Of a DNA stretch of 62,478 bases, positions 26,209-34,537 are shown in pieces. Origin of the DNA: Gemmatimonadales bacterium (GTDB taxonomy: Bacteria > Gemmatimonadota > Gemmatimonadetes > Gemmatimonadales > GWC2-71-9); assembly GCA_036002655.1 (NCBI GenBank), contig DASYTD010000139.1, forward strand, positions 1 through 62,478, given 5' to 3'. The position numbers and the translations under genes were made by a program. Under the pieces are notes generated by a model. That model was given only the letters and a program-made list of their open reading frames with translations. It ran no database searches and was not told the origin of the DNA. Every line of letters starts with the position of its first letter. The stretch's first letter is position 1.

Positions 26209-27389
26209 GTGGTGCTGAGCGGGAATTCGAGCACGAACTCCGAGCCTCGACCCTGCGCGCCGGGCCGGAATCCGACGCGGCCGCCATGCTGCTGCTCGAC
26301 GATGCGCCGGGCGAGCGCGAGGCCAATCCCCCACCCTCCGGTCTTGCTGGAAACGCCGGGCTCAAACAGCTGGCGCTGCATGTCGGGGGCGACACCGGGG
26401 CCGTCGTCCCGCACGCTGACTCGACCGATGGAATCGGTGCCTTCCACCTCGACCTCGATGCGGCCACCCCGGCCGCTCAATGCATCCACCGCGTTTTTCA
26501 CCACGACCTCGAGCGCCCATTCGATGAGGACGGGATCGCCCGTCGCGGTTGGTCCGGCGCCCGGCGACGTGAGGGTGATCGTCACGGAATGCGCGAGCGT
26601 CGGCAACCGCGGCCGGAAGTAAGCGACGACGCGCTCCGCGACAACCCCCAATCCCACCGGCTCGCGGCGCGCCGGCCGCCCAATGCGCTCGAAGCGCTTG
26701 GCGACGCGCTGCAAGCGCTCCGCATCGGCCTCAAGATGCGCGATGAGCTCGCTGCCGGGCGTACCCGGATTCTCCCGCAAGTAATCAATCCACCCCGTCA
26801 GGCTCATCAGCGGTGTGCCGAGCTGGTGCGCCGACTCGCGCGCCATCGCCACCCACAGGCGGTCGCGCGCCGAGCTGACCCGTTCGCGCATCGCCCACGC
26901 GGCGAGCAGCACCAGGCAGAGGAACATGGCGCCTTGGAGGATCGCGAGCCCGGTGAAGGCCCGCGCGGCGGGAAGCGCGCCGTAATGGATCATCCCGACG
27001 CCCGGCTCGATCAGCGGTGGATGAATGCGGTCCAGCTCTTCGATCCAGTTGCGCCGCGTCTCATCGCTTGCATTCGCACCGAATGGTGCGTTGTCGAGCG
27101 CCGTGATGCGGCCGGCGGTGTCGGTAACGGCAATCGGGATGCCGAGGTGTCGCACCTCGTCCGCGAGCGCCAGCAACGCATCGGCCGCCGCGCCTTCGCG
27201 CGGGTCGTTCAAGCCCGCAAAGACCTGCCCCAACAGGCGGCTGGTTTCGCGGGCGTCGTTGCGGAGGTGGCGTGCCACGATCCATGCGTAGCCGACCGAG
27301 AGCACGCCGAACAGCAGAGCGGCGGCGATGAGCGCGGGCGGACCCGCGCGACGCAACCCCCCCCTAGGCAATTCGGTCAGTGCCGACAT
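26205..27389 (-). CDS. sensor histidine kinase (two TM segments, HisKA + HATPase_c)
   Basis: H-box ESAHQLGTPLMSL, N-box VVKNAVDAL, G-boxes VRDDGPGV and GGWGIGLALARRIV. Start chosen at the ATG 27389 (26-nt overlap with the serS end) and is uncertain. Confidence 0.85.
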   Translation of the reverse strand: MSALTELPRGGLRRAGPPALIAAALLFGVLSVGYAWIVARHLRNDARETSRLLGQVFAGLNDPREGAAADALLALADEVRHLGIPIAVTDTAGRITALDNAPFGANASDETRRNWIEELDRIHPPLIEPGVGMIHYGALPAARAFTGLAILQGAMFLCLVLLAAWAMRERVSSARDRLWVAMARESAHQLGTPLMSLTGWIDYLRENPGTPGSELIAHLEADAERLQRVAKRFERIGRPARREPVGLGVVAERVVAYFRPRLPTLAHSVTITLTSPGAGPTATGDPVLIEWALEVVVKNAVDALSGRGGRIEVEVEGTDSIGRVSVRDDGPGVAPDMQRQLFEPGVSSKTGGWGIGLALARRIVEQQHGGRVGFRPGAQGRGSEFVLEFPLSTT

Positions 27390-28623
27390 ACGGCACCAAC
27401 GCCGCCGGGATGGTGACGGAGCCGTCGGACTGCTGGTGCGTCTCGAGGAGAGCCGCAATCGTGCGTGGCAGCGCTACACCCGAGGCGTTCAAGGTGTGCA
27501 CGAATTCCGGTTTTTCTCCCTGGCGCGGGCGGCAGCGGATGTTGGCGCGCCGCGCTTGATAATCGGTGTAGGTGCTCGAGCTCGACACTTCGAGCCATTG
27601 CGCCACGCCGGGCGCCCAGACTTCGAGGTCATACGTCTTGGCCGCCGCGAAGCCGAAGTCGTTCGCCGGGAGGACGTTCACCCGGTACGGGAGCTCGAGC
27701 TGCTGCAACACCGCCTCGGCGTGGCTGGTGAGTTTCTCGTGCTCGGCGGGTGACTCCGCCGCCCGGCAAAAGCGCACCAGCTCGACTTTGTCGAACTGAT
27801 GTACCCGCAACAATCCGCGCGTGTCTTTTCCCGCGGCCCCCGCTTCGCGCCGGAAACAGGGCGTGTACGCCACGTATCCCTTGGGGAGCGTGGCGCCGTC
27901 GAGAATCTCATCGCGGTGCAGGTTCGTCACCGGGACCTCGGCTGTCGGCACGAGAAAGAGATCGTCGGGCACGGTCCGATAGACGTCCTCCTCGAACTTG
28001 GGGAGCTGTCCCGTGCCGGTCATGATCTCGCGCCGCACGAGAAAGGGCGGCTCGACCTCGATGTAGCCGTGCTCGCGCGCGTGCAGCTCGATCATGAAGT
28101 TGATGAGGCCGCGCGCGAGCCGCGCGCCCTTGCCGACCAGCACGGGGAACCCTGAGCCGGCGAGCTTCGCGCCGCGCGGCAGATCGAGAATCCCGAGCTG
28201 CTGCGCCAACTCCCAGTGCGGCTTCCCGCCTTTCGGCGCCGGCGTTCCCCAGCTGCGCAGAATCGTGCTCTCGTCGGGAACTTCGGGCAGCGGCAGGTTG
28301 GGCACGAACAACGCCTTGGCCTCGAGCGTCGTCTCGATCTGCCGCAACTCGGACTCCAAACCGGTAATGCGCTCGCCCAGCTTGCGGCGCGCGGTCGCGG
28401 TGGCCTCCGGCAGCCCGCCCTGCGATTTCGCAACCAGCGCGTCGGCCTTCGCGGCGTCGTTGCGCTCGGCCTTCAGTGTATCGAGCTGCGCCGTGAGCGT
28501 GCGCCGTTTCATGTCGAGCGCTTCGATTTCGTCGAGCAGCCGTGTCAGCGAGGGATCGCCGCGGCGGGCGAGCGCCGCTCGCACCTGGGCGGGGGAGGCG
28601 CGCAACAACTTCAGATCGATCAT
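27364..28623 (-). CDS. serS: serine--tRNA ligase
   Basis: 419 aa. N-terminal coiled coil and class II motifs (FRREAGAAGKDTRGLLRVHQF; SGVALPRT). Confidence 0.95.
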   Translation of the reverse strand: MIDLKLLRASPAQVRAALARRGDPSLTRLLDEIEALDMKRRTLTAQLDTLKAERNDAAKADALVAKSQGGLPEATATARRKLGERITGLESELRQIETTLEAKALFVPNLPLPEVPDESTILRSWGTPAPKGGKPHWELAQQLGILDLPRGAKLAGSGFPVLVGKGARLARGLINFMIELHAREHGYIEVEPPFLVRREIMTGTGQLPKFEEDVYRTVPDDLFLVPTAEVPVTNLHRDEILDGATLPKGYVAYTPCFRREAGAAGKDTRGLLRVHQFDKVELVRFCRAAESPAEHEKLTSHAEAVLQQLELPYRVNVLPANDFGFAAAKTYDLEVWAPGVAQWLEVSSSSTYTDYQARRANIRCRPRQGEKPEFVHTLNASGVALPRTIAALLETHQQSDGSVTIPAALVPYVGTDRIA

Positions 28624-28626
28624 GAA

Positions 28627-29190
28627 TTACCGGTTCGGCAGGCCTTCTTGGAGCCCGCGATAGCCGCAGTTCACATCGGTGAGAATCCGGAGGTCGATCC
28701 GGCGACCGCCGGGTGCGGACGTCGTATCGATGGCCAGCACGTGCAGCTTCCCGTAGAGCACGGCCGAGAGGCCGATTGTGGGGCACCTGAGCGAACGCGA
28801 ATGCACAATCGCCACGCTATTCGAATCGACGACGACGGCGCTGTCCCGCTGGTAGTTGCCACCTGGCGCTACGCGAATCGAATCGAACGGGGTCGTGGTG
28901 AGCAGGATCCCGGATTGACGGCCCAGCTTCAGCGCCCCGGTCGGCAACAGCACCGCACGGCCGGCGCTATCGATGTCGAACGCGAAGTCAAATGCCCCCC
29001 CGGACTGATCGATCCGCACCGCTTGGCGGAGTTCCATCGAGTACGCCGAGGGAGCTGCGACCGGGGTCCCGCTCAAGGCGTAGATCGATACGGTATCCAC
29101 CTCGTTCGGAAACGAGGCTTTCGGCAGAAGCGTCTCACCGCACGCCGCCGTGAGGGCAAGAGCAAGACCGAGCAAGATGATAGAGCGCAT
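28627..29190 (-). CDS. hypothetical lipoprotein
   Basis: 187 aa. Lipobox LALALTAACG. No recognisable domain. First gene of the lipoprotein-serS-kinase-helicase-gatCAB string. Confidence 0.6.
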   Translation of the reverse strand: MRSIILLGLALALTAACGETLLPKASFPNEVDTVSIYALSGTPVAAPSAYSMELRQAVRIDQSGGAFDFAFDIDSAGRAVLLPTGALKLGRQSGILLTTTPFDSIRVAPGGNYQRDSAVVVDSNSVAIVHSRSLRCPTIGLSAVLYGKLHVLAIDTTSAPGGRRIDLRILTDVNCGYRGLQEGLPNR

Positions 29191-29202
29191 GGAGTGCTGG
29201 AG

Positions 29203-29232
29203 AACTTACAGGGACGCGTTCGAGTGGGTCAA
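29203..29232 (-). promoter_or_regulatory. sigma70-like promoter for the lipoprotein-serS string
   Basis: Minus strand: TTGACC (29232->29227), 18 nt, TAAGTT (29208->29203), then 12 nt to the ATG. No Shine-Dalgarno sequence. Confidence 0.4.
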
Positions 29233-29246
29233 CCCACAGTGACTGC

Positions 29247-29275
29247 TTGACTTCGACTTCACGAAAACCTACGTT
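29247..29275 (+). promoter_or_regulatory. sigma70-like promoter for the Roadblock operon (near-leaderless)
   Basis: TTGACT (29247-29252), 17 nt, TACGTT (29270-29275), then 9 nt to the ATG at 29285. No Shine-Dalgarno sequence. Confidence 0.4.
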
Positions 29276-29284
29276 GCCGCGCGT

Positions 29285-29638
29285 ATGGCGACCATCCGCG
29301 ATGTTGTGGAGGCGCTCAGCCGCTCGAACGGCGTGGACGCCGTAGTGGTGGTGGGCCGCGATGGCCTGCCCATCGATTCGCGCGCCGGCAATGGCGTGGA
29401 TTCCGAGAGCGTCGCGGCGCTGCTGCCGTCGGCGATCAAGCATATGGCGCAGCTCGGCGACGCCGGGGGACGCGGGGATTTCTCCACCGCCGTGCTCGAG
29501 TTCGGCAAGGGCCTCGCGATCGTTGCGGTGCTCAACGCCGAAGCGCTGCTCATTGTGCTGGTGAAGCCTGCGACGAACGTGGGCGCCCTGCTGTTCGATC
29601 TTCGCCGCCACCGCCCAGCCATCGCCGGTCTCCTCTAA
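29285..29638 (+). CDS. Roadblock/LC7 (MglB-like) domain protein
   Basis: 117 aa. Contains GVDAVVVVGRDGLPIDS...LEFGKGLAIVAVLNAEALLIVLV, typical of Robl_LC7. Confidence 0.75.
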   Translation: MATIRDVVEALSRSNGVDAVVVVGRDGLPIDSRAGNGVDSESVAALLPSAIKHMAQLGDAGGRGDFSTAVLEFGKGLAIVAVLNAEALLIVLVKPATNVGALLFDLRRHRPAIAGLL

Positions 29639-29653
29639 GCGGACGGTCCGCCG

Positions 29654-30064
29654 TTGACCACCTCGGCGCGGCACCTCCTCGTGGTAGATGACGAGCCTCA
29701 TATCGGGCTCGTGTTGCGCCCCTATCTCGAGCAGCTCGGCTATCGGGTGAGCTTTGCGCGCACGCTCGACGAGGCGCGCTCGGCATTGCGGGCGAAGCCG
29801 CCGACCGATGGCTTGTTGCTGGATCTCCATCTTCCCGACGGCTCAGGGCTCGACTTCCTGCGCGACCTGCGCAAACACGGCGGCACCGCGCGTCTGCCTG
29901 TGCTCGTCCTCACCGCCGAAGGAGAAGATCGGATCCTGCGCGAAGCGCGGCGGCTGGGAGCGGCGCTCGTAACCAAGCCGTTTTCACCCACCAAGCTCAG
30001 CCAACGCATCGCGATGATGTTCGGCGACACGCAGCCGGACGAGCCGGGGAGCGACGCCGAGTGA
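29654..30064 (+). CDS. single-domain response regulator (CheY-like receiver)
   Basis: 136 aa. Contains LLVVDDE, phospho-acceptor LLLDLHLPDGSG, VLVLTA and VTKPF. Confidence 0.85.
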   Translation: MTTSARHLLVVDDEPHIGLVLRPYLEQLGYRVSFARTLDEARSALRAKPPTDGLLLDLHLPDGSGLDFLRDLRKHGGTARLPVLVLTAEGEDRILREARRLGAALVTKPFSPTKLSQRIAMMFGDTQPDEPGSDAE

Positions 30065-31071
30065 GCATCTGGGCGGCGATCCTCGCCGGCGGATCGGGGA
30101 CGCGGTTCTGGCCGCTCTCGACACCGGACCGGCCGAAACAACTGCTGCCGCTGACCGGCGACCGGCCGCTGCTCGCGCAAGCCGTCGCGCGGCTGCGCGG
30201 TCTGGTGCCGCCCGAGCGCATTCTCATCCTCACCGGGCCGTCCCTGGTGGACAGCGTGGCCGCGACCGTGTCCGAGGTGCCGGCGGCGAACATTTTCGCC
30301 GAGCCGCGCGCCGCATCCACGGCGCCGGCGCTCGCGTGGGCCGCGCAGTGGATCGCCAAGCACGATCCCGGCGGACAGATGCTGTCGCTGCACGCGGATT
30401 GGGCGGTGGGCGATGACACCGCGTTCCACGCCGCCGCGACGCATGCGCTGGGCGTCGCGGCCGAGCTGGATGTGCTGGTGACGGTCGGCGTCAAACCGAC
30501 GCGGAATGAGGCGGGATACGGCTACATCATCCCCGGCGACCCCGCGGGCAGTGCGCGGCAGGTCAAACGGTTCATTGAAAAGCCGAGCCCCGCGCGGGCG
30601 GCACTCCTGCGCCGGCGCGGAGCGCTGTGGAATAGCGGTCTGTTCGCGTGGGGCGCCGCTCGCTTTCTCGGCGAGGCGGGCGCCTATGCGGAAGAGCTCG
30701 CGGCCGGGTGGCCCGCGCTCAATGCCGGTGATGCGCCGCGCTTCTTTGCCGCGGTAACGCCTGTCGCCGTGGACGTGGCGGTGCTCGAGCGGACGACCCG
30801 CCTGGCGGTCGTGACGGGCAACTTCCCATGGGATGACATCGGCTCGTGGGACGCGCTGCTCCGGATCCGCAGACGCGATGCGAGCGGCAACGTCACCGTC
30901 GGCAATGTCACGCTCGGGGAGGACGTGCGAGACTCGGTGATCTGGTCGGAGAGTGAGCATATCGCAGTCGCGGGAGTAGAAGACATGGTCGTCGTGCGCG
31001 CCAACGGGCACACGCTCGTCATGCCGACGGGACAGGCGGACAAACTGAAAGCGCTGGTGCAGAACTTGTGA
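30061..31071 (+). CDS. mannose-1-phosphate guanylyltransferase-like sugar nucleotidyltransferase
   Basis: 336 aa. Contains AAILAGGSGTRFWPLS...PKQLLPL and YGYI. GTGA overlap with the regulator stop. Confidence 0.8.
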   Translation: MSIWAAILAGGSGTRFWPLSTPDRPKQLLPLTGDRPLLAQAVARLRGLVPPERILILTGPSLVDSVAATVSEVPAANIFAEPRAASTAPALAWAAQWIAKHDPGGQMLSLHADWAVGDDTAFHAAATHALGVAAELDVLVTVGVKPTRNEAGYGYIIPGDPAGSARQVKRFIEKPSPARAALLRRRGALWNSGLFAWGAARFLGEAGAYAEELAAGWPALNAGDAPRFFAAVTPVAVDVAVLERTTRLAVVTGNFPWDDIGSWDALLRIRRRDASGNVTVGNVTLGEDVRDSVIWSESEHIAVAGVEDMVVVRANGHTLVMPTGQADKLKALVQNL

Positions 31072-32237
31072 CGCTCGCGCTCTATCTCCTCGATCCCGAG
31101 CCGGGACCCGCCTGGATACCCTTTGCCGGTATCCGGCCACTCTCCGAATTGCGCGCCGGTGCTCACCTGGTGCGCGAGCGTTGGGAAACGTTCGTCGGCA
31201 CCGAAGCAACCGCCATTTTCGCGCTCCCGCATCTCGCCGGTTTTCCCGAGCCGGGCGTGCCGAGCGTCGAGGCTCGGCGGCCCGTGGCTGGTCCCGCCGT
31301 CATCGGCTCCTCCACCTTCGCGCCACGCGGCCTCGCCGGTCCCCTCCCCGATGCACCCGCGCGCCTCGTGCACGACGGGATCACAGTGGGCTGGGCGGTC
31401 CCCGCGGGAAGTACGTGGACGGGCCCGGTTTCGAACGCGCAATCGATGAAGGTGGAAGGCGTCGTGCTCCGCGGCGTCTACGATCTGGTCAGCGCCCTGG
31501 AGCAGCTGTTGCGTGACGACGTCCTCAAGCTGCTCGGTGACTCCGACGCCGTGCCCAAAGGCACCATCGTCCTCGGCGATCCGGCGTGGATCTCGTTGCG
31601 CGAGGGGGCCATCGAGCCCGGAGTGGTCTTCGACACCAGGAACGGTCCAGTCGTGCTGGAAAGCGGCGTCGAGGTCCGGTCCGGAACCAGGCTCGAGGGC
31701 CCGCTTTGGGTTGGCGCCAATACGCGCGTCATGGGAGGGGCGGTCCGGACTTCCGCGATTGGGCCGTGGTGCGTCGTCCATGGAGAGATCTCCATGACGG
31801 CCATGCTGGGTTACGCCAACAAGAGCCATCTGGGCTTCCTGGGGCATTCGGTGCTGGGCCGCTGGGTCAATCTTGGCGCCGGCACGACGACCTCCAACCT
31901 CAAGAGCACCTATGGTCCCGTGCGGCTGGAAGTGGCGGGCACGAGGCTGGAAACCGGACACCAGTTCTTGGGTAGTCTATTCGGCGATCACGCCAAGACG
32001 GCGATCGGCACGTTGTTCACTGCCGGGTCCGTCATCGGCGCCGGCGCCAGCGTCTTCGATGATGTGCGCGCACCCAAGTACATCGCGCCCTTCGCCTGGG
32101 GAGGCTCCGCATCCGAGCGGATGACGCAGCAGAAGTTTCTCACGACGGTGGAACGCGTGTTGCCCCGCCGCCACGTCCAGGTGAGCGATTCGATGCGCTC
32201 ATACCTTGGCCGCGCCTTCGACTGGCTGACGCAGTGA
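31068..32237 (+). CDS. GlmU-like putative sugar nucleotidyltransferase with C-terminal left-handed beta-helix
   Basis: 389 aa. Hexapeptide-repeat region GYANKSHLGFLGHSVLGRWVNLGAGTTTSNLKSTYG. GTGA overlaps on both sides. Confidence 0.65.
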   Translation: MTLALYLLDPEPGPAWIPFAGIRPLSELRAGAHLVRERWETFVGTEATAIFALPHLAGFPEPGVPSVEARRPVAGPAVIGSSTFAPRGLAGPLPDAPARLVHDGITVGWAVPAGSTWTGPVSNAQSMKVEGVVLRGVYDLVSALEQLLRDDVLKLLGDSDAVPKGTIVLGDPAWISLREGAIEPGVVFDTRNGPVVLESGVEVRSGTRLEGPLWVGANTRVMGGAVRTSAIGPWCVVHGEISMTAMLGYANKSHLGFLGHSVLGRWVNLGAGTTTSNLKSTYGPVRLEVAGTRLETGHQFLGSLFGDHAKTAIGTLFTAGSVIGAGASVFDDVRAPKYIAPFAWGGSASERMTQQKFLTTVERVLPRRHVQVSDSMRSYLGRAFDWLTQ

Positions 32238-34087
32238 GCGAAGGACAGCAGCGCTACCGCAGGCTCGGAAAATACGAGCTGCATCAGCTGCTCGGTGAAG
32301 GTGCGATGGGCATCGTGTGGAAGTCGTACGACACGGTGCTGCGGCGCTACGTGGCGCTGAAGTTGTTGAGCAGCAGCTTCCGCAAGACGCAGGACATGCA
32401 GGAGCGGTTCCTGCGCGAGGCGCGCGCCGCCGGCGCCATCCAACACGCCAACATCGTCACCGTCTACGACCTCGGCGAGGCCGAAGGACAGCTCTATATC
32501 GCCATGGAGCTAGTCGAGGGTCGCGATCTCGCCGACATGATCGCGCTGCGCGATCCGCTCGCGCTCGAGCGCAAGCTCGACATCACGATCGAAGTCCTGG
32601 CCGGCTTGCACTTCGCCCATCAGCGTGGCGTGATTCATCGCGACGTCAAGCCGTCGAACGTGCGCGTGATGCCGGACGGCCGCGTCAAGATCATGGACTT
32701 CGGCATTGCGCGCCTCCAGAAGGCGGACGCGACCGGCTCCGGCGCGATCGTGGGCACGCCGACGTACATGGCGCCCGAGCAAATCACCAACGGCGCGATC
32801 ACGGCGGCGACAGACGTCTTCTCCGTCGGCTGCATGCTCTACGAGCTGCTGTCCTACCAGCGGCCGTTCGAGGCCGAGTCGGTCCACGGCGTGCTGTATC
32901 AGGTGCTGACAACTGAACCGCGCGCGCTGCGCACGGTGGCCCCGTCCATTCCCGCGGCGCTCGAGCGCGTCGTGGCCAAGGCGATGAACAAGGTGCCGCA
33001 CGAGCGCTACGAGTCCGCGGGCCAGATGATGTCCACGCTGCAGCAGATCCGCTCGGCCTTGTCAGGCGCGGACGACGAGGCCACGCAGCCGCTGGGCCGC
33101 TGGACGCCGCTGCCCAGGCCCGTGCTGAAGCTGATCACTCATGCGTCGATGCGTGCGCGGCTCGCGGTGCTGGGCGCGCTCGCCGCGGTCGTCGTGCTGC
33201 TGCTCTACGCGCCGGGCCAGCCCATCGCCGACGAATCGAGTGAGCTGCGTGCGAATCCTCCGGCCGCGGCGCCCAGCGGCCTCGCCGCGCCGCCGTCTCT
33301 TCCCGATGCAGTGCCGGTTTCCTTGGCGGTCAGCACGCGGCGCGATTCGGCCCTTGCGGCGCGCGACCGCGCCGTCGCGGCCGGAGCACTCAAGAACAGC
33401 GTTCCCGCGATGATCCTCGCGGAGACGATGTTCCAGGCGTCCGAGCAAGCGCTGCAAGCCGGCGACCAGTCGCGCGCGCTGCGCGGCTACTTCGAGGCGG
33501 TGCAGCAGTATGGCCGGGCGCGCGATGAGGCGAGGGCGATGGATCGAGAAGCGCAGCGCATGGTGCAGCGCGTGACGCCGGTCGTGCAGGCCATTCCCAC
33601 GGGACCGGCGGCCGCCAATGCGGCGATTTTCCTGGCGCGCGCCGAATCGCTGCTCCGCGAGCAGGATTTCACGCTCGCCAAAGTCGCCGCGCAGAGTGCC
33701 GAGCAGATCGGCATCGATGTCGGCATGGCCCCGCCCAGCCCGCAGCCGCCGGAGGCGCGCGACGCGGTCACCGTCTTACTCGACGACTTGGGGCGAGCCC
33801 TCGCAAGCCAGCGCATCGCCAATCTGCGGGTGCTGTACCCGGGTCTGACCGACGAGGAGCGGCGCGGCTGGGAGGCGTTCTTCCGCGACTGGAATCAGAT
33901 CACCGCAAAGTTCACGATCGAGGACTTCAAGCTGCAGGGCGCGACCGCCATGGGGAACGTGCGCGCGATGTTTCAGTACGTCCCGGCACGCGGCGGCGCG
34001 CCCCGCCTGGACCGGCGGCGCTTCGCGATGCGCTTCGAGCGGAAAGACGTAGGCTGGAGGCTAGCTGGGGTATCGGAATTGAAATGA
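32234..34087 (+). CDS. Hanks-type serine/threonine protein kinase with TM segment and extracytoplasmic C-terminal region
   Basis: 617 aa. Kinase motifs GEGAMGIV, VALK, HRDVKPSN, DFGIA and GTPTYMAPE. TM segment LAVLGALAAVVVLLLY. The C-terminal end looks NTF2/SnoaL-like. Confidence 0.9.
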   Translation: MSEGQQRYRRLGKYELHQLLGEGAMGIVWKSYDTVLRRYVALKLLSSSFRKTQDMQERFLREARAAGAIQHANIVTVYDLGEAEGQLYIAMELVEGRDLADMIALRDPLALERKLDITIEVLAGLHFAHQRGVIHRDVKPSNVRVMPDGRVKIMDFGIARLQKADATGSGAIVGTPTYMAPEQITNGAITAATDVFSVGCMLYELLSYQRPFEAESVHGVLYQVLTTEPRALRTVAPSIPAALERVVAKAMNKVPHERYESAGQMMSTLQQIRSALSGADDEATQPLGRWTPLPRPVLKLITHASMRARLAVLGALAAVVVLLLYAPGQPIADESSELRANPPAAAPSGLAAPPSLPDAVPVSLAVSTRRDSALAARDRAVAAGALKNSVPAMILAETMFQASEQALQAGDQSRALRGYFEAVQQYGRARDEARAMDREAQRMVQRVTPVVQAIPTGPAAANAAIFLARAESLLREQDFTLAKVAAQSAEQIGIDVGMAPPSPQPPEARDAVTVLLDDLGRALASQRIANLRVLYPGLTDEERRGWEAFFRDWNQITAKFTIEDFKLQGATAMGNVRAMFQYVPARGGAPRLDRRRFAMRFERKDVGWRLAGVSELK

Positions 34088-34098
34088 CGGTGTGCGTT

Positions 34099-34461
34099 TT
34101 ACCAAGCGCGCTGGTTTGCGGGGGGCGGTTCGGGGATGGCGAGTGTATCGGACCGGACGTTGGGAGGGCCAACCCGCCGCAGCGTGACCGGCTTTTCCAG
34201 ATCGCCGCCACTGATCGTGAGTTTGTCGCCGGCGAGCTTCATCGCGTAGACCTGCCAGACGCCGTCACCCAGCGTAATCCAGAGACTGTCCGCAACGACG
34301 CGCCAGCGGGCGACTTCCTCGCCGAACTGCGCGGAGCTATCGCTGCGCACCATGATGTGGCGGATTTCGTCACCCGAGCGCGCCTGCCAGTTCCCCGTCA
34401 GCCGCACCGGTAGCTGCGCCGCGAATACAACGCTTCCCAAGATGATCGTCCAACGCAGCAT
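34099..34461 (-). CDS. small exported hypothetical protein
   Basis: Start trimmed to MLRWTIILGSVVFAAQ (signal-like). The upstream 29 codons of the track ORF are the translated palindrome 34495-34519. Confidence 0.45.
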   Translation of the reverse strand: MLRWTIILGSVVFAAQLPVRLTGNWQARSGDEIRHIMVRSDSSAQFGEEVARWRVVADSLWITLGDGVWQVYAMKLAGDKLTISGGDLEKPVTLRRVGPPNVRSDTLAIPEPPPANQRAW

Positions 34462-34494
34462 TCCATCGCTCCGAAAAAGATCTTTCACCACGTT

Positions 34495-34519
34495 CCCCTC
34501 TCCACGTGGTGGAGAGGGG
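34495..34519. repeat. 10-bp perfect palindromic hairpin CCCCTCTCCA-cgtgg-TGGAGAGGGG
   Basis: Direct reading. Lies 19 nt downstream of the HD-GYP stop. Could be a terminator stem or a REP-like element, but no adjacent U-run. Confidence 0.5.
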
Positions 34520-34537
34520 GTCAGGGGGTGAGGCAAA

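Noticed and set aside
3785-28623. Looked for in-frame TGA (selenocysteine) codons or same-frame split ORFs, given the tRNA-Sec
   Set aside because: None of the recognised genes appears interrupted by an in-frame TGA, and no candidate selenoprotein family (for example FdhA, GrdB, SelD) is present in the window.
29740-31209. 489-aa minus-strand ORF (also 30684..31961 and 29135..29830) across the response regulator and nucleotidyltransferase genes
   Set aside because: No recognisable domains. The opposite strand carries clear receiver and NTP-transferase motifs with GTGA coupling.
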